Below, in pieces: positions 8,962 through 15,724 of a stretch of 64,000 nt of DNA. Both the position numbers and the translations under genes were made by a program. The stretch comes from Clostridiales bacterium. Lineage in GTDB: Bacteria > Bacillota > Clostridia > Christensenellales > UBA1242. The stretch covers positions 172,868 to 236,867 of the forward strand of contig DPGI01000005.1 in NCBI GenBank assembly GCA_003522085.1, written 5' to 3'. Below the pieces are notes generated by a model. That model did no database searches, had not been told where the DNA came from, and worked only from the letters and a program-made list of their open reading frames with translations. Position 1 is the stretch's first letter, and each line of letters opens with the position of its first letter.

Positions 8962-10229
8962 TATTTTTCTCCCTTAAATTTTTTTCTCGTCAAATTTTTT
9001 TCTTTGCCATTTTGCCCCGGAACATAATATATATGATCTTTGATTGCATCTGGCAGATATTGCTGTTTACAATATCCACCAAAATCATGAGGATATTTGT
9101 ATTTGCCATGACCATCACTGTTTGTTGATGGGTGGTTTTTTAAATGATTTGGAACAGCATCATCACGAAGTGTGATAGCGTCTGCCATTGCGGCGTCCTT
9201 GGCTTTTAAAACTGAATTGGATTTTTCGGCTTCGCAAATATAGATGATTGCGTGCGAGAGATTTAACAGCGCTTCGGGAACACCGAGATTTTTAACCGCA
9301 TAGTGCGCGCAAATCGCCATTAAAAGCGCATTTGAATCCGCCATGCCTATATCTTCGGAAGCGTGCGCTATCATTCGGCGAGCGATAATGAGCGGGTCAC
9401 AACCAGCTTCGATGAGGCGGCTTGAATAAAACAGCGCTGCATCGGCATCAGAACCGCGTAAACTTTTGCAAAAAGCTGACAGTAGGTCATAATAATTGTC
9501 GACGCTGGTTGAAAGTGGTTTGCGGTCAAGACATTCACTGAAAACTTCTTTTGTAAGCACAATTTGCTTTTGTTTGTTCATTGGCGTTGTGCAAGCGGCA
9601 AGTTCGAGAGCGTTTAATGCTGCTCTGGCATCACCACCGCAAGTTTCTGCCAAATAGTCAAGCGCTTCGTCTTCCGCTTTTATCGGAAGCAAGCCCAACC
9701 CTTTTTCTGGGTCGGCTATCGCGCGTTTGAGAGCTTTTTTGATGTCGTCACGCGAGAGCGGTTTAAGTTCGATTACTCTGCAACGTGAAACTATGGCGCG
9801 AGTCATTGAAGTGAATGGATTTTCGGTTGTTGAGCCGATAAAGAATATGTCGCCCTTTTCAATTGCTTCAAGCACGCAGTCGCTTTGGCTTTTGCTCCAA
9901 CGATGACATTCATCTAAAAGCAGATATGTGTTTTTACCAAGCAGCAACTTGTCGCGTTTCGCTTTTTCGATGACCGCTTTTGCGTCGGCGACTCCGCTTG
10001 CCACAGCGTTGAGTTTTTCGATGTTGGCATCAAGGGCTTTTGCTATGATTTGCGCAAGAGTTGTTTTGCCCGTTCCTGGTGGACCATAAAAAATCATACT
10101 TCCCACCGAACCAAATTCAATAGCACGGCGCAGAAGTTTGCCTTTTCCTACAATATGCTCTTGTCCGAAAAAGTCATCAAGCGAGGTTGGTCTCATTCTT
10201 TCGGCAAGAGGTGTCTTTAAATTTTCCAT
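8961..10229 (-). CDS. rarA: replication-associated recombination protein A (AAA+ ATPase)
   Basis: LAERMRP, Walker A GPPGTGKTT, DECHRW, and a MgsA C-terminal domain. The start is moved to 10229 because the promoter overlaps the upstream ATG. Confidence 0.9.
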   Translation of the reverse strand: MENLKTPLAERMRPTSLDDFFGQEHIVGKGKLLRRAIEFGSVGSMIFYGPPGTGKTTLAQIIAKALDANIEKLNAVASGVADAKAVIEKAKRDKLLLGKNTYLLLDECHRWSKSQSDCVLEAIEKGDIFFIGSTTENPFTSMTRAIVSRCRVIELKPLSRDDIKKALKRAIADPEKGLGLLPIKAEDEALDYLAETCGGDARAALNALELAACTTPMNKQKQIVLTKEVFSECLDRKPLSTSVDNYYDLLSAFCKSLRGSDADAALFYSSRLIEAGCDPLIIARRMIAHASEDIGMADSNALLMAICAHYAVKNLGVPEALLNLSHAIIYICEAEKSNSVLKAKDAAMADAITLRDDAVPNHLKNHPSTNSDGHGKYKYPHDFGGYCKQQYLPDAIKDHIYYVPGQNGKEKNLTRKKFKGEK

Positions 10230-10235
10230 ATTCAA

Positions 10236-10264
10236 ATTATAGCACATGGCAAAAAAAATGCAAA
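10236..10264 (-). promoter_or_regulatory. promoter placing TSS on rarA ATG (leaderless)
   Basis: TTTGCA-17-TGcTATAAT, then 6 nt, then ATG. Confidence 0.55.
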
Positions 10265-10342
10265 CAAAATTTATACTTTTTTTGTTTGCAATATAAAAAC
10301 AGCCTTTTCGCCTTTAAAATAAAGGACAAAACCGATTTTTTG

Positions 10343-11575
10343 TTAAACTATACAAATTGGCACATTTTTTGATGATAAATCGCGCTGTGAAATTAACAAA
10401 TTTTTGGCATTTTTTGATAACTTTGTGCCTAAATGTTCAATCGCTTTTTCGTCGCAATTTTTTATTACTAAAACTTCTTTATAAATGCTGCCGTTAAAGA
10501 TTTTAAGAGAATTTATGTTGTCATATTCGTTTAACACAAAACCGCTGTTTGCCTTTAAAATAAAGCGTTTTCTTAGGTTGAGATATTCCTTTTCACTTTT
10601 AATGTCGTTTTTTCCTTTAAGCCATGCCATATAGATTTTTTCAGGCAAAATATAATTGATTTTGTTGTTAATATCTTTAAATTTTGTGTCAATTTTTACA
10701 TCAAAAATTTCACAAGTTTTTCTCTTGCTTTGAGCAAAATATGCTTCAATTTCTTCCATAGAATTTAGCATAAATTTTTCACTTCCAAAATTATAAAAAT
10801 AATGCTGTTTTTGATATGGTTTTAATCGCAAATTACAACTTATATTAACTTTTGGATAGGCGCAATTTTCAACGCCATCAACACAAGAAAAACAGAATTT
10901 ATTGGCTTTTGATGAGAAGTTGAAAAACATTCTTTCGCCCGAAAATAAGTGCGTTATTTTTATTGCGTGAAGCAGTTTTTCAAAGGTATAATATCCCTTT
11001 TCAAGTGGCAAATTTATTTCAAAATTCACCGATTTTTCGCTGTTTGTTGTGTTTAAAAATTCAAGATATATTCCTCTTCCCGACAACACGCATTCGCGCA
11101 CAAAACAGTTGATTCCGTTGTCTTCTAAAAAGCCATCATAAAAATAATTGCAAAGAGTTTGTTTTGCTTTTTTGCCGTTAAACATGATATAATTTTCACT
11201 AGCAACTGGATTATAATTTGAGGACGAGCGATAGTTTACGTTTAATTTTTTCAGATTTTCATCGTCAGAAATAATGAAATTTAGTTTTCTGCTGTGTGGT
11301 TGAGAGTGGGTGAAAACAAGGTTAAAATCGAGTTTTTTCTGCGCATTATAAAAGCATTTTGCCATGACAGGCGAAAGTCTGTTTTCATAAAAAAACACCG
11401 GTTTTGTAAGGTCTATTCCTTGGTTGATTAGCGTTTCAAAATTCACGTTTTCGGCATTTTTTGGCGCTTGAAATTTGACGCGACTGCATATTAAATTTGT
11501 CATATTGAAAATGTAATCTTTCTTTTTCATATCTTCATTTTTGACAATATTAAATTTACTAAACAAAAAAAACAA
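10343..11575 (-). CDS. hypothetical protein (Asn/Lys/Phe-rich, no recognisable domain)
   Basis: 410-aa ORF. An alternative start is the ATG at 11530. Confidence 0.5.
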   Translation of the reverse strand: MFFLFSKFNIVKNEDMKKKDYIFNMTNLICSRVKFQAPKNAENVNFETLINQGIDLTKPVFFYENRLSPVMAKCFYNAQKKLDFNLVFTHSQPHSRKLNFIISDDENLKKLNVNYRSSSNYNPVASENYIMFNGKKAKQTLCNYFYDGFLEDNGINCFVRECVLSGRGIYLEFLNTTNSEKSVNFEINLPLEKGYYTFEKLLHAIKITHLFSGERMFFNFSSKANKFCFSCVDGVENCAYPKVNISCNLRLKPYQKQHYFYNFGSEKFMLNSMEEIEAYFAQSKRKTCEIFDVKIDTKFKDINNKINYILPEKIYMAWLKGKNDIKSEKEYLNLRKRFILKANSGFVLNEYDNINSLKIFNGSIYKEVLVIKNCDEKAIEHLGTKLSKNAKNLLISQRDLSSKNVPICIV

Positions 11576-11596
11576 ACAACCGAAATTGTTTGCTTT

Positions 11597-11939
11597 TTGT
11601 CAGCTAAACTATAAGCCGAGTTCTGTATTTTGTGGTCATCTATCTAGACCTTTTGTCGCCAAAAGGTTCAAGCGGCGCTTTTGAAAGACACGTAAGACGC
11701 GATAACTGTCTTTGCTTGGCCTTGCATCGGGTGGGGTTTACAGAGCAAGCCATGTTACCACAGCCCCGGTGAGCTCTTACCTCGCCTTTCCATCCTTACC
11801 CTTGCGGGCGGTTTATTTCTGTTGCACTATCCTTAAAGTCACCTTCACCAGCCGTTAACTGGCACCCTGTCTTATGATGCTCGGACTTTCCTCACTTTGC
11901 TTTTTATCAGCAAACTGCGACCACATGTTTAACTGACTT
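11597..11939 (-). ncRNA. rnpB: RNase P RNA, bacterial type A
   Basis: Minus strand carries GAGGAAAGTCCGAGC, AGGGTGCCAGTTAACGGCTGG, GGTAAGAGCTCACC, GTAAACCCCACCCG and ACAGAACTCGGCTTA. P1 pairs GTCAGTTAAAC with GTTTAGCTGAC. Confidence 0.92.
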
Positions 11940-11973
11940 TGATTATTATAGCACGATTCTGCTTTTTTGTCAA

Positions 11974-13329
11974 TTAACTTACTGTAAAGAGAACTTTTGA
12001 CGAGTTTTTCTTGTCAGTTGAAAAGCCTTGAATGACTCCGTCTTGTGAAATTTTAAGTGAAACGCCATACTTTGCAAGGTCTTTTGCTGCGGCAAGACGA
12101 CCACCGCCAAGCGAGCCTGCTTCGATTTTTAAAATTGCGCCAGCTGCGATGATTGTTCCGTCAAAATCAATGATGGTTGCTCCGTCCATGGCGATGATTT
12201 CTTCTCTGAGTTTGCGGTCAATTTCGTGGAACTTTCTGCCGTCGATAATTTGTTTAAGACATTCTGATTTATAGCATGAATTTTTAACCATAAATTCTTC
12301 ATAATCAGGCAAATAGAAACTGCGTGTGCGCTCAGCTGATGACAGATTGTAAAGTTTTTCGCTTTCTTCAAGTTCTATGCGCTTTTTAATTTCATAATAT
12401 CGTTCTGATAGAATGTCGCGAGCGTCAATGTGTGCGAGCGCTCCTTCCGCCATGTCACGTTTGAGATAGACTATTATTCCGCCCGAATAGTTGAACGAAC
12501 AATCAATCGCGGAAAGATAGATTGCACGGCGAATTTCTTTAAGCGAATGCGATGTGCGATATGAAAGAAGCTGAATAATCTCTTCGTGAGAATAAACGTT
12601 CCACTTCCCGCGACGCTTTGCATACATGAGCGTGTGATTTTTAAAAATCAAAAGATCGCCATTTTCTGTAAGAGCTATGCCAACCTTTTTTTCTCCGCAA
12701 TAACGGGCTACGTAGTTGAATTCATATGGCGCGATTGACGAATAGTTACGCACTTTTGCAAGAGAAACATATCCGGTTAAATAGCCGTCTTTGTTAAATT
12801 CGACAAAACTGTGCTTACCGTCAGAAAGAAGAGCGAAAAAGTCGCTTGAAAGCATGTCGGAATAATGCAAAGGTCCAACTTCGTTGTTGTCAGTAATATT
12901 TAAAATGATTCCAAAATTGATTTTTTTCCCTTCGTATGTGCGGGCACTCCAATTACTAAGCGCGCCAACAAGCCCGAGCATAGTTGAAGAAGCAGACGAT
13001 GCAACACTATCGCAGACTGCTTTTTCGATGGCTTTTTCGAGAAGCCCCATTTCATACGATGGGTCAAGTCCTTCAAAATTGCTAACATCATTTATTTCTT
13101 TTAAAATGTTTTTTAATAGGTTTATTTCAAATGGCTGATATGCTCGACCACGTTTAATCACAAGTCTGTATTCAGCTGTTTTGCAAGGTTTTATCAATAG
13201 CGAATTTTGTTTTCCAAGAGCAACTTCTGCTTCACGAGCGTTTGACTCCTCTTCCCCAACCAGTTGCGAACCGGTCAACAGCGGAAGGATCAATTTTCTA
13301 ACAACGAAGTAAAATTTCTCTTTTTCCAA
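11974..13329 (-). CDS. DisA_N (diadenylate cyclase)-like domain protein, RHR motif absent
   Basis: TTG start. The C-terminus DGATIIDFDGTIIAAGAIL...GGGRLAAA aligns to DAC motifs DGAxII and GTRHRAA. About 270 aa at the N-terminus are unknown. Confidence 0.6.
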   Translation of the reverse strand: MEKEKFYFVVRKLILPLLTGSQLVGEEESNAREAEVALGKQNSLLIKPCKTAEYRLVIKRGRAYQPFEINLLKNILKEINDVSNFEGLDPSYEMGLLEKAIEKAVCDSVASSASSTMLGLVGALSNWSARTYEGKKINFGIILNITDNNEVGPLHYSDMLSSDFFALLSDGKHSFVEFNKDGYLTGYVSLAKVRNYSSIAPYEFNYVARYCGEKKVGIALTENGDLLIFKNHTLMYAKRRGKWNVYSHEEIIQLLSYRTSHSLKEIRRAIYLSAIDCSFNYSGGIIVYLKRDMAEGALAHIDARDILSERYYEIKKRIELEESEKLYNLSSAERTRSFYLPDYEEFMVKNSCYKSECLKQIIDGRKFHEIDRKLREEIIAMDGATIIDFDGTIIAAGAILKIEAGSLGGGRLAAAKDLAKYGVSLKISQDGVIQGFSTDKKNSSKVLFTVS

Positions 13330-13488
13330 ATTCCCACCCCAATTTTCAGTAAAAAACTAAAAAATTTCTTTTCTCTAACCACAATATATAATAAATATTT
13401 TTAATTTGCAAGCGCTTTTTTGCATTTTTGTTATTTTTTCATATATTTTTTAATATTTTTTAATATTTTTTCTGTTGCTATTTATTTT

Positions 13489-14202
13489 TTAATTTTTGTC
13501 GTAATAATTATGAGATAGGTCGTCTTTTATAAGTGATAACGCTTTTGCTTCAATTCTCGAAACATAACTGCGGGAAATGCCAAGTTTTTCAGCCAACTCT
13601 TTTTGTGTAAAAACATCTTCGCCATTAAGGCCATAACGCTTATTTAATATTTCTCTTTCACGCGGAGAAAGACGTTTGAGTGCCGTCTCGTTGATTTTTT
13701 CCATTAAAAAACTTGAAGAAACTGCATCTTCAACTTCGTCTTCGTCACTCTCTAAAATATCCATTAAAAGCACGTCGTTGCCGTCTTTGTCACATGCGAA
13801 TTTGCTGTTTAGAGATAAGCAATCTTTGTGTTTTTTGTTCATTCTAATCAGCATTAAAATTTCGTTGTCAATACATTTTGACGCATATGTGGCAAGTGCT
13901 GCCCCCTTTTCATATTTAAAACTGTCAATCGCTTTGATAAGCCCTATTGCACCAACAGAAATTAAATCGTCCGCTTCTATCGAAACCGTGCCAGCATATT
14001 TTTTCACGATATGCGAAACAAGTCTTAAATTGTGATTTATCAGTTCGCGGCGAGCCTGCATGTCTCCTTTTTCATGATAAGCCACCAAAAGTTCTCGCTC
14101 TTTTTCTTTTGATAATGGTTTTGGAAAACCTTCTGAGTTGTTAAGAAATGCAGTAAAACACCTTAACTTACTCAAAAATATCGGCAAACTTTCAAACAAC
14201 AT
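13489..14202 (-). CDS. sigK: RNA polymerase sporulation sigma factor SigK (pro-form)
   Basis: The pro-sequence then GFPKPLSKEKE and HNLRLVSHIVKKY resemble B. subtilis SigK. GAGGTG RBS. The gene is uninterrupted. The track ORF extension to 14295 runs into the repeat and was rejected. Confidence 0.85.
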   Translation of the reverse strand: MLFESLPIFLSKLRCFTAFLNNSEGFPKPLSKEKERELLVAYHEKGDMQARRELINHNLRLVSHIVKKYAGTVSIEADDLISVGAIGLIKAIDSFKYEKGAALATYASKCIDNEILMLIRMNKKHKDCLSLNSKFACDKDGNDVLLMDILESDEDEVEDAVSSSFLMEKINETALKRLSPREREILNKRYGLNGEDVFTQKELAEKLGISRSYVSRIEAKALSLIKDDLSHNYYDKN

Positions 14203-14221
14203 GCACCTCGCTTTGAAGTAA

Positions 14222-14250
14222 TGTATATGTCGTATTTTGTGGAAATTTGC
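14222..14250 (-). promoter_or_regulatory. sigma-E type promoter candidate for sigK
   Basis: GCAAATT-14 nt-CATATACA compared with the consensus ZHATAXX-14-CATACAHT (6/7 and 6/8 matches). Confidence 0.35.
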
Positions 14251-14259
14251 ATGTCCAAT

Positions 14260-14484
14260 ATCGTGGGGACAACCAAATTTTGAACGCGGACACACCCGCT
14301 AAACGCGGCCAACCGCTAAAATTCGGTTTTCCACCACGTGCCCCTTTCCCGCAACTTGACGCGCCCCGGGCGCTTTCGGCGTTGCATCAGGGCGCGCTAA
14401 ACTGTTTTCGCCGAGCAAAGCTCTTCCCCGAAAAAGTTTATCATCGCTTATCTTTATGGATAAATAAGATAGACAAGATGTCTA
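14260..14484 (+). repeat. GC-rich modular repeat, unit A1 (starts with 20-mer ATCGTGGGGACAACCAAATT)
   Basis: Near-identical to 26255..26480 and 26481..26705. Confidence 0.95.
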
Positions 14485-14504
14485 ATCGTGGGGACAACCA
14501 AATT
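14485..14504 (+). repeat. terminal copy of the 20-mer
   Basis: Exact ATCGTGGGGACAACCAAATT. Confidence 0.95.
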
Positions 14505-14507
14505 AAG

Positions 14508-14689
14508 GTCACCTGCGGTGACATGATGGCTGACTACGTCGGCATGATAGCACTCAAAGTGTGCATGATGGTCGCTAACGCGACATGATGGCGCACTGCG
14601 TGCGCATGATAGTCACTTATGTGACATGATAGTTGACTACGTCAACATGATGGTGTTCTTCGCACACATGATGGCACGCTGGCGCGTGC
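14508..14689 (+). repeat. array of 9 short hairpins separated by ATGATR linkers (period ~21 nt)
   Basis: Each unit is a G...C-closed 5-6 bp stem with a 3-4 nt loop. Stems differ by compensatory changes. T:G wobbles occur only on the + strand. Confidence 0.9.
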
Positions 14690-14692
14690 ATA

Positions 14693-14763
14693 GCGGTTGG
14701 ATTTAAAAAGCAGTTTGATTTTAAAAACGTAGTTGAATTTTAAAAAGCGATTAGATTGTAAAG
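14693..14763 (+). repeat. four ~18-nt A/T-rich direct repeats (GCRGTTKGATTTTAAAAA)
   Basis: GCGGTTGGATTTAAAAA, GCAGTTTGATTTTAAAAA, GTAGTTGAATTTTAAAAA, GCGATTAGATTGTAAAG. Confidence 0.7.
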
Positions 14764-14827
14764 TATGCAACATTAAATAAAAAAGCGGCGGGCAAAGGCT
14801 CGTCGCTTAGGTCATTAAATTTATTTT

Positions 14828-15724
14828 CTAAAACATTTCGTCTATAAAATTTTTTGCATCGAATTTTTCGATATCATCAATTCCCTCGCCTGTTCCTATA
14901 AACACAACTGGTTTTTGAAGTTCTTTTTCAATAGCAAAAACTACTCCGCCTTTCGCTGTTCCGTCAAGTTTGGTGAGCACAATTCCGTCGATTGGCACAA
15001 ACTCGTTGAATGCAGTGATTTGCGAAAGTGCATTTTGTCCTGTTGTTGCATCTAACACTATGAGCGACAATTTTTGCGCTTCCGGATACTCGCGGTCGAT
15101 GACTTTGTTTATTTTTTTAAGTTCTTCCATCAGATTTGTTTTTGTGTGCAATCTTCCCGCAGTGTCGACAATAAGCACATCCGTGTTTTTCGCTTTTGCA
15201 GATGCAATTCCGTCAAACACAACGGCGGCAGCGTCAGCACCTTCCGCGTGTTTAATTATGCGTGTTTTGCTGCGATCCGCCCAAAGCGAAAGTTGCTCGC
15301 TGGCGGCGGCTCTGAAAGTATCGCCGGCAACCAAAGTTACTGACTTTTTTTCATTTGAAAAGAACTTTGCAAGTTTGCCGATTGTTGTGGTTTTACCCAC
15401 ACCATTTACGCCAATTACTGTGATTACAAGCGGATAAGTAAATTCGATTTTTGGCGCACTGTCAAGACTTTCGGCAAGTATACTTTTAAGCGCTTTTTTA
15501 ACTTCATCCGCTGTGCGAATCTTGTTTTTGCGAGCGTAAACGCGAAGATCGTCGACGATTTCCATTGCTGTGCGAACGCCCATGTCGCAAGAAATCAAAA
15601 TATCAGTTAAATCATCATAAAAATCATCGTCAAGTTCGCCATGACTGAGCAAAGAATCAAGTTTGCGCGCAAATGCTTCACGCGTTTTTCTGAGTGCTGC
15701 GGCAATTTTTTTAAAAAATCCCAT
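14828..15724 (-). CDS. ftsY: signal recognition particle receptor FtsY
   Basis: SRP GTPase motifs GVNGVGKTTT, DTAGR, TKLDG. Confidence 0.95.
   Translation of the reverse strand: MGFFKKIAAALRKTREAFARKLDSLLSHGELDDDFYDDLTDILISCDMGVRTAMEIVDDLRVYARKNKIRTADEVKKALKSILAESLDSAPKIEFTYPLVITVIGVNGVGKTTTIGKLAKFFSNEKKSVTLVAGDTFRAAASEQLSLWADRSKTRIIKHAEGADAAAVVFDGIASAKAKNTDVLIVDTAGRLHTKTNLMEELKKINKVIDREYPEAQKLSLIVLDATTGQNALSQITAFNEFVPIDGIVLTKLDGTAKGGVVFAIEKELQKPVVFIGTGEGIDDIEKFDAKNFIDEMF

Noticed and set aside
13489-14504. A skin-like intervening element or its attachment scar at sigK.
   Set aside because: The sigK reading frame is complete and colinear with B. subtilis SigK from the pro-sequence to region 4. 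No recombinase gene is nearby. The repeat lies upstream of the gene, not within it.
14247-14588. 113-aa + strand ORF running through repeat unit A1 and the hairpin array, plus the related ORFs 26231..26437 (+) and 26295..26534 (-).
   Set aside because: There is no RBS, and the start positions differ between copies. Differences between the three unit copies are mostly non-synonymous and are not spaced with codon periodicity. The open frames are expected by chance in a GC-rich segment. The 20/21/22-nt hairpin units break the frame.
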